A DNA stretch of 64,000 bases, taken from positions 1 through 64,000 of the forward strand of contig JALMLS010000385.1 in NCBI GenBank assembly GCA_038496445.1, read 5' to 3'. This DNA comes from Trichosphaerium sp. ATCC 40318. Lineage: Eukaryota; Protista; Tubulinea. The translations under genes were made by a program, and so were the position numbers. This document shows, piece after piece, positions 24,684-38,145 of this stretch. The notes under the pieces were generated by a model, which did no database searches, was not told where the DNA came from, and worked only from the letters and a program-made list of their open reading frames with translations. Position 1 is the stretch's first letter. Every line of letters starts with the position of its first letter.

Positions 24684-26882
24684 TTAAAAGTGAATATCAG
24701 ACAAAAATCTTTCAAAAAAGTGGAAAGCTTGGGCTGGTTTGTACTGTGGTACTGTATGGCCAGATCCCTTGATTGTGGCAAATGTCAAATCTTCTCCTTT
24801 TTCACCTTGGTATTTTACTACGTATCCAGCAACTTGCTCATTGACAAACCAAGGTCTAAGAATAAACTTCAGAAAAAAAAAACAACATTTCGAAGAAATT
24901 AATAGTTTCTATCGTTTAATGTGTACCTCCATTGATGTGTAACATCGTAACCCAAACCACGTGTCCAGCGTTCAGAACCAGTAAAAGGTACACACATATC
25001 AGTGTCACCAGAGTAGACTAATCCACGGATACCTAAAAACAAAACAAGTAAATAATTAAAGTCAATAGCAGTCAATTCACGTAAAATTAATACAGAGCTT
25101 TTTGTCCTTGACAACGTTCAAGGCAACAAGGTGAAAAACAAGCCGACAGGTCTTATTCAAGTACAAATAGCAATGCAATAACGTACCAGCTTCCAAGAGT
25201 TCCTTGTGGTAAGGGATTGTAGAGGCAGTGTTTCTGTCGTAGTTCAAACCAACACAGATGCTCCATTCCTTATCAGCAACAGACAATGCATGTAGAGCGG
25301 TTCTTACGGATTCCTAAAAAGCCGCGTAAGCAAAAAAACTCAAGCAGCTACGCACTTGGTTGATCCATTTGTTGGCTACTTCACTATCAATACATGGCAC
25401 TTGCACGCCTAAATGTTAAGGTGAGAAAAACGAACTAACTCAGAAACAAAGTTTTCAACTACGCGTACCGTATTTGCTATCTCTGATGCTTGAAGCGCGA
25501 GTGTAAAGGTCGTAGAGGTTGGAGTCTTTGTCTGGACTTTTGTAGCAATCCTCGTAGATGTTGTAGATGTTCAAAGCAGAAACATCAGCAGAAGCCTAAT
25601 ACCAGCGTTATTTAAGAGAGTTGACGATCATGTAAACATACCTGTTTGAGTAGACCCTGGCACTCGCCAGTAGCGTTCCAGTATTCTCCATGGCAGCTCT
25701 ATCAACATGTTAGTTATAAGAACAAAGGGTAAATGTTTTAGCGGGCTGCAAGTAAAGCTTACCTTCTCAATAGCTTTTTGTAGATTGTAACCGATGAGGG
25801 CGTGACCAGAAATAAAAGGTATCCAGGCGTTACCGTCAATGACACGGTCAGTTACACCATTTCCTACCTTATTAGAGCGTAAATATCAGATTTGGTAGTA
25901 ATTTTAATGAAGAACGCACCATGTAACCTTTCAAGTTGATAGCAGGGTATGCAGAACTGCGAAGTACTTGACGTGCTAGTGTTGGTACGTAGACACCAGC
26001 ATAACTCTCTCCAGCTAATTAAATCGTTAATGGTGCTGTAAGCGTTAAAAACGATAGCGCACCAATAAAGAATTCGTTATTACTGAATTGAGGGAAACGC
26101 TTGAAGAAACCAATCAAAAATTGAAGAGAGTCTTCAGCAGTGACGTTATCATTGGTAGTGTATGCGCGTGGGTCTTCTGAGAATGAAAGACCAACAAGAG
26201 CAGGAGAATCCAAGTAGATGACGTTTGCTACCTTAACAAAAACACAAAATAAGTCATACCACCAAGTTGACCTTGTTTTCTAGAACGCAAAGTTTTTTGT
26301 AGATCAAACTAGCTGTTATTACAATGCTTTCGTACCTTATTCCAGCTAGTTGGGTTTAGTTTGAGTTCTTGGTTACCTTGTGCATCGGTGTCCCAAGAAA
26401 ATGGACCATGTTCGTAGATGAAACCGTCCATTGAAGAGCAACCTACGCTACTTTAGAGGCGGTTTTACCATTTTAGAAAGTTTTTCTCCAAAACGAAGCG
26501 CCTGCGCTTGGTTTACGCGCAATTGAAATAGTGTTCATTTGAAACAGCGTTGCAACAAGTGCAAATCGCGTTTCACGGTCGAGTAGCGTACCTGGACCAC
26601 CATTCAACCAAAGTACTACAGGATCGTTTTCTGGGTTGCTCTGGCTCTCTGCGAAGATGAAGAAGAGGTATTTTTCGATTTTATCTCTATCGTTTGCTGT
26701 TGGGATGTATCCAGCATGCTAGTATCAAGTTAGACGCATTTCATTGCATTAGGATAGCGTACGGCCTTAAAAGGGAAACTCCCCTTAAAACCAGGGAAGT
26801 GTGTTACTGGACCCATCTTAGGGATGTTTAGAGCGTAAGTAAGTGCGAACAAAAGCGCAAGGCTGATGAGAAGCTTGCACAT
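24684..26882 (-). CDS. Serine carboxypeptidase (peptidase S10, cathepsin A-like), multi-exon
   Basis: Signal peptide; [32 protein letters not shown] (catalytic Ser), [11 protein letters not shown] (Asp), [10 protein letters not shown] (His). Confidence 0.95.
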
Positions 26883-27203
26883 GCTTGTTGAGTTTAATTT
26901 ATGTTGACTAAAGGAATTCCTCACTTGGAAATGTCACACCAACTTTCAACTATTGCTAGTTAGGCTTATAAAAATGTACATAATAGAGCAGAGTCATTTG
27001 ATGAGCTACGGAGTTAGTTCGGAAGAAAATAGAAGCGATTTGAAATCAACGAATTCTGGCTTTTTTTTAAATCGCTTGTTGATGTATTTTAGGCGTTCTT
27101 TTATAATCTATCGTGTATTCCGTGCGTGTGCAGTAACCCTTATCACGTTTTGGTGTAGTATTAAGAAGGTAACTTGAACTTTGATGTGAACAGTTTTTGT
27201 CAT

Positions 27204-29118
27204 TCAAAAACGCACGTTTATTTTGTTGGTTTGGTTCAAGGTTAGTATGAGTACTGATGTATCTCCTGGTTTGACAACTTGAGTAATTGTCATGTTTTTT
27301 ATGGATCCTAAATCCTTCCCTTGCCACACATCCCTCACCTGTGGAGTAATTAAGAAAACTTTCTCAAACCCCAAATAAGAACATGGAAAATAACGGTGTA
27401 CCATGATCGTGTCCAGTGACGAAAATTTCATTTGTCTCAAACAATCCATGTCACACGTGATTTCAGAAGATGAATCGCCAGTGTTAACAAAGGCTACTGC
27501 CCAACCTTTGGATAATTCTCTACCCCAAACGTTGGTTGTAGTAAAAACTGTAAAGAGAAATTAAAACAAAATAAAAAATCCAGTAGCAAGATCAGAAAAC
27601 TCTTACACCCAAAGTCATCTCCAACAATACGTCTGCCCTACATTTCGTAAATGGATATAATGATTTCATTATTAATATCACATACTTGTTTACCAAGTAC
27701 ATCTTGATCTATAGCTATAACCTCAGCGTTTGTGTAAATATCAAGGAACTTTGTCTTGAAAGAATCGGAACGAATATTTGCGCTTTTGTCTGTTAGGATT
27801 TTTCACCGATATACGTTTTTACCTTATCAATAAAGGAGATGCCATGATTGCCCACATACTAAACTGTGTTCGTGCTTGAGCAACAGTAGACACAATGTCA
27901 GGTATAAGAAGACAAGGATCATTCCAACCACCTAAAAAACAAAATCCATGTTTAGCAATCTCGCAAGGCTGTACACATCGAAATGACGTTTCAACGCACC
28001 AGGACTGGCATAAACACTAAGCGCAGCGTTTGCATTTATATTTTTCAATACATTCTAGTGAGGTAAGATGTAAAGGAACCAAAACGTGTAAAAAAATTGT
28101 AAAAAATCGTACATCCCACGAACTTGTGTCTGGCCCGATTCTCCATGAATTACCCAGGCTGAACCCTACTGGAGCATACCAAGTATTCCATCCACATAGA
28201 GAAAAGTACATTGAACGATTCGTTTTATGTATTCCATCACGCATAGCAGCGTATTCAGCGAAGGCTGTATCGTGATCCTAAATGCAAAAAAAATTAAAGA
28301 AACTTGTCAAAGCACAACACAGCACATACTTGAGTTGCCGAACAAGAATCGGATTTTATGTAATCGACACCCCAACTAGCGTATGTTTTAGCGTCTATTT
28401 CTTCATGCCCGAGGGAACCTGGCCTTTTGGCTAAAACAAAAAAAGAATTTAACTCAAATCAAGTCAGTTCACTTTTCTCACCACATGTTTCAGTCCCTCT
28501 GCAAGTGTAGACACCGAACTTTAATAAATTAATAAACTATCCAAAATCACGTGCTTAAGAGCACGTTACAACGTACTTTTAGTCCTTTACTGTGGATATA
28601 GTCTGCGAGAGCCTATTTTTTTGGATAAGTTTGTTTGGTGTTAACAATCACGTGCCTTCATGCCGCTTGGAAATTTTTCAGGATCTGGGTACACTACGCC
28701 ATTACTGTCACGTCCTTTCGCCCAACTATATTTATTAAGAGTTGGTATCAGTATTTGAGTACCAATCATCCAAATTAACGTATTCGTAACCGAGTTTATC
28801 TACAACGATTGTGTCAGCGAGAAAAAGAGTTTTTGACAAACATTTCCAAACAAAAAGATTGTCGTTAACTTTACCCATCTGTAATTCAATTATTGTATCA
28901 GCAGTTGCTCGTATTGTAGTCTCATTCATAGCAGATGTACATTTTAAATCGTACCAGCTAGAAAACACATTAATGGTTAAAATAGAGCGAAAAACCAAGC
29001 TGTTTTACGAGTTCCATCCCATAGCAGGGGTTAAACCAAGACCGTTACGTAATCCTGAAACAATAGTAATCACAGTTATCAACACTAGCGTAAAAGGAAC
29101 CGTCTTTGACGATGACAT
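27204..29118 (-). CDS. Alpha-galactosidase / alpha-N-acetylgalactosaminidase, glycoside hydrolase family 27, multi-exon
   Basis: [73 protein letters not shown]. Confidence 0.95.
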
Positions 29119-29388
29119 GGTCGTTAGTAAATAGAGACTAGTAAAAAAGCAAACAAAACTTATCGAACAACAACTTAAAAGAACCAAGGCGGCAATTAAA
29201 TATCACGTGAGAAAAATAAGTAAAACGTGGATGAACGGAATAACGAAAGAGGTGGAACTCGTGCTAATGGATGATGAATTTAACAGATAATAATACCAAA
29301 GATGGAGTGCAACGACAAAAAAGAGTGACGAAAAATAATTATTTTCTGTAGCAATGTAATACAACTTTATTGTATTGATTAGATGATA

Positions 29389-32300
29389 CTAATATTCGAT
29401 GGTTGATCCAGGATCGACAGTATAGACACTCCAAGCTTCTGCACCCCTATTTGGAGAAACTGGCGTACACTTTCCGCAGCACGCTTTTTTGAGTCCACAA
29501 TAGCAGTCTACCCATTGATTAGTGCCTTTAAATGTCCAAACAACGTCTGAACACTCGGGATCACGTGCAGCTGCTGCAGCGCACTCGCCAGGGAAATGAC
29601 GCTTTCTCCAGCGCTCATATCTACCAGCGAAAAGGAGGATCTTGGAACAAGGATTATTGTTGCCACATGTTGACTGTCGGTATACACATCTCGTATTTGG
29701 TATTTCGTTGATTAGTTTTGGAGGGTTGAAAGGAGGAGTGGTCGTTGGCTTAAGAGAGCAATCTTTGCAGTCGTTTGTCAATGGCCATTGAGGAATACGT
29801 GTCGCGTTTTTGTTCAGGTTTACTGCGTGGCATGAAATACATTGTTTGCCATGACGCCAAGGAATGTCCTGATGAGGTGCTTCTGGTTCGAATCCTGGGA
29901 AGTTCCGTGTTTCAGATTTGATGTAGCAAGTTGATGCATAAGCTGGATCGCCTGGAAGAACAATTTCATATCTGTCCAAAGTTTCGGTAGGATTCCTAGC
30001 ATTGACGGTGTAGCACATGTCTACTTCAGTGAGAGGTTCTTTGAAATTTCTTCTATTGATTACTTGTTTGCACCAATCAGGGATAAGGTTAGCTTGATCC
30101 GTGAATTCGTTGTTGACTTGTCTCTTCATTACTACAAACCCGTCACAGGCACTTCGTGTGCAGTTATGCTCACAATAACCAAGGTCATTATAAACATTTC
30201 CGCATCCTAAGGAACATCAGCAACAAATTTAAATACATTCAATCAAAATAGGTAAGTGCGTACCGAATATTGTACGTGGATTTGGAAAATAGCAATGATC
30301 GATCCGGCTAAGAAAGTTGTAAGTGAGTGTGATACTAGAAAAAAAAAAAAGCGAGAAGAAAAAAGGTACGTACAAAAAGTTGCTTGCACCAGTTGGTAGC
30401 CCATAAATATGTTCGACTGGATTTTGAACCAAGTGTACATCAATACAATCTCTGTATCCACGCCATAACCATTGAATTATATATCCACCTGGTCCAGCTT
30501 TACCAGGCATCTTTATCTTGGCCATATCAACATCAAACGGTCTGTGTGAAAAATGTGGGAACTTGAAAATGGCTTCTATCCAAGGCATTGAAGGGTTGGT
30601 GTATTCAATAAAATCGTCTTGAATCAAGTTGCTCTTGTACTTGAAAAGCTGTGCGTCATCACCCCATAAGCCAAAGGCTTCTGGTCTAGGAATAAAATTC
30701 GGCGAATTTTTTGGAATAGCTGGTTCATAGTAGTCAAGAGTATAGTCAGGATTGTCAGCCGAACGTCTTTGTAGTCTTCTGTGGTATACAGGAACTGTTT
30801 TTTTGGCGTTGTTCGGGGCTTCTCTAATATACTTGTCCATCAGTTCGAATGTTACTTCCTTTAGTCTCTCCTCATCGCTTTCATGAACAAAGACATAATA
30901 AGAGTCCTGTGTATGTCCCGTAGCCCATTCAAGCTCAAACTCTTGATTCAATCCAACTTGAACATGAGGAGCTGAGAACAAACGAGGAGGGCAAGGTGTA
31001 TCTGTGCTAGCCACGTTTACTGCTCTACTTCTGCCGGTCATCCAGTTATGTGCTAGAGTACCAGTTGGCATGAGAATGAGTGCCAATAATGATAGCACCA
31101 ACACTATCGAGGTAGTTGTCTTTGAAGCCTTTCCAAGAGAAAAAATACCAAATAGTATCAGCGTAGTTGAAGCACGTGATTTGGACGCAGGAGATGCAGC
31201 AGCAGCTCTTGCACCGATTTGGGTTTGACCAGGTTTGGCTGGAGGGAGGGTATTACGGAGACATTTGCACAGTCTGCGACTACAATTCGTATTAGTGAAC
31301 AATGCTCAAAAACAAGACAAAAAAAAAAAATATAGTACCCTTGTTTAGATCCAGCTTTGGCATCACATGTTACAGGTCTTGGTCTTCCTGTGCATCTTGT
31401 ATCATCGTAAAAGCAGAAGTTGTTTATACTAGTAGTAGCTCCTGTTGCTTCACAGTTACTCAAGTATGGTGGGAAACAAACAAAATTTCCTTCGCTTTCT
31501 ACAAGGTCTTTGATTCTGTCTGGACTGTTAACGCTTTCAATGTGCACTTGGTCGCATTTTAAGTTCTCTCGCTCGCAACGCTCAGTACACGACTCTGATC
31601 GCTGTTAAAAAAAACATTAGATATGAAGGTATAGTTTTGTTTCGTTGAACACGTGATGATAAAATTAACGTACAAGTGATCTAAACCATGTCTTTTTAGG
31701 CTTAGCTGATTTGGACTCAGTGAGTTTCAAAGGACCTTTGGAACCGTTTGGCCACCAAAAAGCGCCTTCATTTGCATCACCTTGTTTGACCAAAGCGTGG
31801 AATGTGACAGTACCAGTCCCTTTTGGAGGTGCACGCCATTTGAAAGTTGCAGAAATCGGTTTCAATATACCACCGTAATGCATTAAACTTTGTCTACATT
31901 CATGAGTATCCGGGTAAGGTAGTTGGAACATCGCTGTACAAAAAGTTAGTAAGTATCTACTTTCGAAACTAAATTATCAAAAAAACAGAAAAACAAAGCG
32001 CACGTGTTACTTCATTTGGTAGAATCCATTCACCAACACGATCTCCATTTGGTCCTTGAGCATACATGAGTAATCCTCTGTACTTGAAATCGTAGTGGGT
32101 GATGTCAAGCGATATGTCTATAATCATCTCAGGGACATATGTTGTTTGCTTGTTGTCCTTAGGACCAGCGTATGTTATGTATTTGTTGGATCGAGTAACT
32201 TGTGAAGCCCAATGCATGTAAGGTACAGGGTCAGCGTTGCAAATGAGTCTGTCAACGAATTGGTTATTTCTTCCAAATATTCTCCAATCTTGTGGACGGC

Positions 32301-32406
32301 AACCCCAGTGCTTTGCAGAAGCGTCACAGTTCGGTACAGCTGAAGTTGGTCTTGATGAAGCATGAACAAGCGCTAAAAGCGCTAGAGCTAGAACGGCACA
32401 GCGCAT
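29389..32406 (-). CDS. About 900-aa secreted multidomain protein: signal peptide - reeler - Cys-rich module - hydrophobic hairpin/internal signal peptide - His-brace LPMO-like domain - Cys-rich C-terminus; 6 coding exons
   Basis: Five GT-AG introns join all ORF pieces in frame; reeler motifs YRGLLMYA, FKWRAPPKGTGTVTF; internal LVLSLLALILMPTGTLA/HNW; LPMO-like EWATGH and YIIQWLWRGYRDCIDV. Confidence 0.85.
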
Positions 32407-33199
32407 TTTAAGTATTCTCTACAAATTTAGTTAACAGCTATGTTACACGTATAAATAATAGTATAACATACCTGATTGTTTACAAGAAGAGGTGCTAGCG
32501 TTGTAAGAATAGTATTTTATGATTTTAGATTTCGTACAATGTACCAAATGCGCACGATTTTTCGCGAAACACGTTTTTTTCAAAAAATGTAGCGTGGGTT
32601 ATTTTTGTTTGGATACAACACGTGTTGTTACAAACAGAAAAAAAATAAAGCGAAAAAAAAACCAACAACTTTTATTGCTTTAAATACTCAAATAACAGTC
32701 AGTGGCTGTATCACCCTACTGAATAAACTAATAACAAATGTACTATACCGTTTTGTGGTGTGTTGACAAGCGGATGTGATTTATCCTACCCGGTGTAACT
32801 AGCGCTATAAAAGGGAACCAGTTTTTTACACGCCCCAGTGTCAACTGGGCATGCTTTCACGGAGAAAATATTTAGCGGCGGGCACATTCCCACAACTCGC
32901 ATTATACGCTCACTGATCGCTATAGTGATATTGATACTACAAAAAAACAGCAATAATACAAATAAAGGTACCACACCGTAAGAATTGGGATCACAATTGA
33001 AACAACATTGGAATATTATTTTCTGAATTCAAACTTTTCTCGTTGTTATCCAACCTTCTCCTAAAAATTCCGAAACCAGTAACGTACATTTGTGACGTCA
33101 CCACTCTAGTATTGTATCAATGACGAAAAAAGCTTCAAATAGTATGGTTTCAAAGTAGTACTTTTGAACATTTCGAAAATAAAAAGACAAAGAAAAATC

Positions 33200-33925
33200 T
33201 TCAAATAAAATACAAGTTCCGTTTCATCAAATTGAAAGTGTATTTGCCCTTGGTAGCGCAAAACTACCATATACCGTCTTTGTCTGTAATCTTGAAAGAA
33301 CCTTCATGTACTTTTCCGTCTTTACCAGTAAATATACAATGTGTTGAAGGTTCATCATTCTCCCAATGCGTTCTCAACTTTCCACCATAAACTATATGTG
33401 CCTTTACCTTGTCGGAATCCCGTATCCCGCTCACCGTCATACAAAATCTCACCTCCCTCATGACCACAATACTCGCTCAACTGTCTTTTCAGTACAGCCA
33501 GAGATAAAACTGATAGACCCAACAAAACGTGACACGGTCCCTACGTTGTCTAATACCGTTTCCTTGAAGCGGTTTTTGGCAAGTGCTTGTAGTATAACCC
33601 TGTAGGCTAAGTCATTACACCTATTCCATGAGGTGCTAACTCTTCCATAGAGCCTTTATACTGACGGCCACTGGGTGTGACCATCTCGCCGTCCGATATA
33701 CCTTGTTTTTTCGTCAAACACCTACTTTAATCATAATAATAATTAACATTAAAAAAATCACCATCCCAGCTTGCTTGATCAGGCTCCGAAAGTTGTTCTC
33801 ACAAGTTTTGGAGGGCCGTGTGCAAACATAGTAGGATATAAGATGAGAAAATAATAAGGACAGTAGGGTATTGAAGTTTTGCCGCAACAGAGTTGCAAGA
33901 CAAATTTCTTGAACATCGAGTTCAT
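33200..33925 (-). pseudogene. MORN-repeat pseudogene
   Basis: GEMVTPSGRQYKGSMEELAPHGIGVMT*, LYDGERDTGFRQGKGTY and GKDGKVHEGSF lie in different frames with in-frame TAG stops. Confidence 0.65.
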
Positions 33926-34357
33926 TACTCTTAGCTGTTTATTCACACGAAGTTTATTAATAAAGTAGAATAAACTAAGCTTATTTGGCTAGAATTCTAG
34001 CACTTGAGAGCTCGCATTGAGCGTTGAGTGATGCTAAATATTTGGCACATGTATCACATGGGATGAACACGGGAAAAAAGCAAAAAGTAGGTGAGTATAA
34101 TAAAATGTTGGAAGTTTTCATTTTATTGTTTTCATTTAGCAAGTATATTGCTTGTTTCATATATTTCTGTACAACACTTAATTATGAGACGCTATCATGT
34201 GATTATGATAGTATAAAAGTCAAAAAAAGTAAAAGTCAAGTCGAAGCAGCGTATCTTTTCTCACGTTATTTTTGTGAATTCTTCAAACTAATTTGATTCG
34301 CGATATAGCACACCACCCAGCAACGAAAAGTCGTAAAAATATCGGTGATAGCGAGAG

Positions 34358-36158
34358 ATGACGCCGCACGTGATACCAATAGTACTTACTGTCTTTGTTG
34401 TTGTTACCAGTACGCAGTGCGTACCTCCAGACCCGAGTATTACAAGCTGGTGGAGATTTGAAGCGATGACGGCAGGCGAAACCTTCGACACTTACAATTC
34501 ACGTGTTAGTACTATTTACGGTACTGGCTATTCAAAAGTCTCGGTGCGTTTTCTAATTTAAACAAATACCAAGCCTTAATATGAAAAGTAGGGCGTAGTT
34601 GGTGATGGTTTACAGCTAGATGGAAACGCTTCTATTGTAGTTGAGAATGATGGTATATTTACTTCTACCCAAGGTATTTTGAATTCTAGAAGTATTTGAA
34701 GCTCAATTTGTGTCTTGCTAAGAAACTTCCTATTGATGTAAAGTTGGTAGGGAGCTTCACCGTTGAAATGTGGGTCTATATACCCTCCATTGGACCCAAC
34801 CGGTATTTGATCCATCAAGTGTCCGTTGTCTCGGGATTCAGCTTGGCACTTGGTGAATTCTTAAACGATACAATTCTCCAATCCTTTGCTCTTTATTGTA
34901 CATAAAAGTAGAAACATTTAAGAACCTTACTCTACCAAAGCTGAAGGAGGATCACAACTGAGTGGTGTCACGTCATTAAACAGAAGCACTTGGTACCATA
35001 TCGCCTTTGCATACAACAGGTACTGCGAAATAACACATTGTTTCAGGAGTTGACATTCATTTTGTTAAAGGACATCTGAAGAGGTTGTTATCTACTCCAG
35101 TACGGTTCTATTTAACTGGCATGATATTATATTGTCTAAATAGTAATAGATGGTGATGCGTTTCGTCAAGATAAAGATGGTCAAAGCATTGTTATAGACA
35201 ATACTACAGAGTTCTATATTGGCTCAAATAATAACGGTGGAGAACGTTTCAATGGTATTATAGATGAGGTATGTTAGATAGATAAACCAATGGTAAAATA
35301 ACTATAATAAAGGTATCGTTCTACCAAGGTGTTGCTCTGAAGCAGACGCAGATACAGCAGATTTACAATGCAGGTGAGAAATAGTTTTCGATACACGTGT
35401 TGACTGTTTGATTAAGGATTGTCCGGATTCGGGAAATGTGTTCCTGTGTCTCCAACTACAACTCCAACAACGGAATCTGTTGTAGTACCAACTGAACAAC
35501 CAACAGCTTCAGAAGTACCAACTGAACAACCAATGAGTATGTCAAGACTACACCACAGCTGTTTTCCACTAAACGCTGATTAGTTTGCATCGGCGATATG
35601 CCTTCAGATGCTCAATGTGATCCAACTGAGGGTATATGGATTGTCATTGGTGATGTAACGATTCAGTCAGGGCAAGATATTCTGATTGAGACTTCAGTTG
35701 TGTTTCGAGGTGCGATGATCTTTAAGTTTTGTTGATACTAATCAATAAACAAAGGAATCGTAAACGTGATGAAGAACTCAACAATACGAGTTTCATCAAT
35801 GGCAACACTCACATTTCAAAAGTGTCCAACTTTCAATGACACTCTCAATATTGTCATCACAGAAGTGTCTGAGTCACTTCACACAGTCCTTACAATTCCA
35901 CCAAATTGTGATGAGTCGATCATTGACCAAACAACAGTGACAAGTGATGTTGAAGATGAATGTAGTCAGTTCTCTGTCATCAAAAAACAAACAGAACTTT
36001 CTGTAGTATGGGCAGTCAATGATGTATGTAATGATAGCAGTCTGAGCAATGGTGCGATTGCTGGTATTGCTGTAGGGTGCATTTTAGTTGTAGTAGTTGT
36101 CACTGCAACTTTGATATTCCTACTTACATTCTACAAAAAGAGAACATTTGTCATTTAA
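34358..36158 (+). CDS. Type I membrane protein with LamG/concanavalin A-like jelly-roll domain
   Basis: Signal peptide, SWWRFE, GVVGDGLQLDG, SFTVEMWV, WYHIAFAYN, FYIGS..FNGIIDE; PT linker; TM GAIAGIAVGCILVVVVV. Confidence 0.85.
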
Positions 36159-37392
36159 CTCACAATAAACAATCAGCTTAACAATCTTTCTCCATATTGC
36201 ACTATTCACAAGGGCTACATCTGATCAAAAGTACCAAACTGTAGCAACAAGATTTATAGCTTTGGTTAAAGTTAAATGCTATTAGTACAAAAAAAGTTGA
36301 AGTTTTTAGCTTTTGTTGCCTTCTCATTAATGACATTGTGGGAAGATACCATCAAATATGTACGTGTATGGTAAGAATCACTTAAATACCGGTATTTTAA
36401 ATAGGATGAACTACTGTCTTAAGCTACAAGCTTTCCCTCAGCTTGGAAGTGCGCTTTTCTCATTGCAATGCCAAGTGCATTTTTATGTCAATAAAATTCT
36501 AGTCAAGTGTTGTAGTAAATCAGCTACTGCCACGGTGAATAATCATAAAAGTATCCAGTCATTATTTAAGATCCAGCGAGATGTTTAGATATCTGAGATA
36601 TCTAGATATTATAGATTTGTGAGATATGCGGTTTTGAAAAAACACGTTTTAATTGAAAAACATCTGAGATATTTGAATTGTTGTCTAGTTGCGATATAGC
36701 TATCCTAGAGTAATAAAATTAAACAGGTATATCGATAACCCATGTGTCATCAAATAATGTTGCTTATGTGTTTCTGTATAGGTAAGGCAAGGCAACTCTA
36801 GGCGATTATGGAACCAACCAGCACTTTGCCAAAGTGGTTTCGCTTCAATTTGACGCATCAGTATTTAATCGCTATCACGACTCTTATGGATTGTGTACCA
36901 AAATGCCACTGGTCTAATAGAACCACACATAGCTGTGGGAACAATTGAAGACTCGAAGTATGGCCCCATGCAACAGTAGGTGACTAACGATAATTATGTT
37001 TTTGTTGGTGAATTATCAAAATGACTTAGTTTCTTTGTGAGCTTCGCTACTAGGGCTTCAGGGTATATATCGCAGTGGCAGCTCCTTCAGGATTCTACCA
37101 AATCTTGTATTACAGCTGAAGTTAATTAACAATCGAAAGAAACAAACAAACACAACAATTTAGTAGCTAATTACAAGGAAAAAGTAACCATTACATACCT
37201 CCACGTTTTTGCACAGCAAGGTTTCTTCAATAATTTCAAAAATTCGTTCTTGTTAGCAACAATTGTCTTCTAAAAATAAATCAAGTCAATCCTTGCACTT
37301 GCAACCATCTTGAAATATTAAGCCATTATTCCTTTATTCTCATTTTTTTACAACTTTTTAAACTTTAGGGATTGTTTTTCAGACCACCAAAA

Positions 37393-38145
37393 TCAACGTG
37401 AATCTGACCAAGTAAAGTACGAACCAATAACTTCTGTACCACCTGCACGAAGAATATCTAAAGAGGTTTTTGTCAGATTACGTATCCTTGCAACATAAGC
37501 TTTATGAGCACCAGCAAGAGCCAAAAGTCCATAATCTGTAATATGTACACATTCCGTAATATTAAAAGTATGTACACCAGCCAAAGCCTTTATTCCATCA
37601 TCAGTAACCTTCTTACAACCCAAAAGATTAATATCATGGACACCTGCTAGTGCTTTTATCCCAATATCAGTAACATTAACACAAAGACTAAGATTGATTG
37701 TATGTACTCCTGCAAGTGAAGTAATACCTTTATCTGTTACACCTGTACAAGTACTTATGTTTATTGTATGTACTCCAGCAAGTGATTGTATTCCAGAGTC
37801 GGTTACAAGAAGAGACCAAGGAAGTGAGATTATTTTCACCGATTTGAAGCATTTAAGGTGTTCGTCCGTTAGTGACGCACGCATATAAGATAATGATACG
37901 TTTTTAGCTTCTTTGTAGCGTTTAAGGTGTTTTAAAGTGTAAAATATGATTTTAGAGCGTTGTACTATTCCAGGACGTACGCTAATGGCGTCAACGTTGC
38001 TATCGCGGACATAGACGCAGCTATACCCAATAATGTTACAAATAGCGTTTTCTATCGACTTGCAGCATTTAGATGCGTTTCTACGCTGTGTATCGTTTAA
38101 ATGAGATAAAATCATACATACAAGTTCCAACGGAAGAGACTCCAT
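37393..38145 (-). CDS. F-box + LRR protein, intronless; paralog of 12841 gene
   Basis: MESLPLELVCMILSHL F-box; repeats SLAGVHTINLSxCxxVTDxGI. Confidence 0.9.
   Translation of the reverse strand: MESLPLELVCMILSHLNDTQRRNASKCCKSIENAICNIIGYSCVYVRDSNVDAISVRPGIVQRSKIIFYTLKHLKRYKEAKNVSLSYMRASLTDEHLKCFKSVKIISLPWSLLVTDSGIQSLAGVHTINISTCTGVTDKGITSLAGVHTINLSLCVNVTDIGIKALAGVHDINLLGCKKVTDDGIKALAGVHTFNITECVHITDYGLLALAGAHKAYVARIRNLTKTSLDILRAGGTEVIGSYFTWSDSR

Noticed and set aside
29885-29896. GGTTCGAATCC tRNA T-loop motif
   Set aside because: Antisense to coding sequence (PGFEP); no cloverleaf around it
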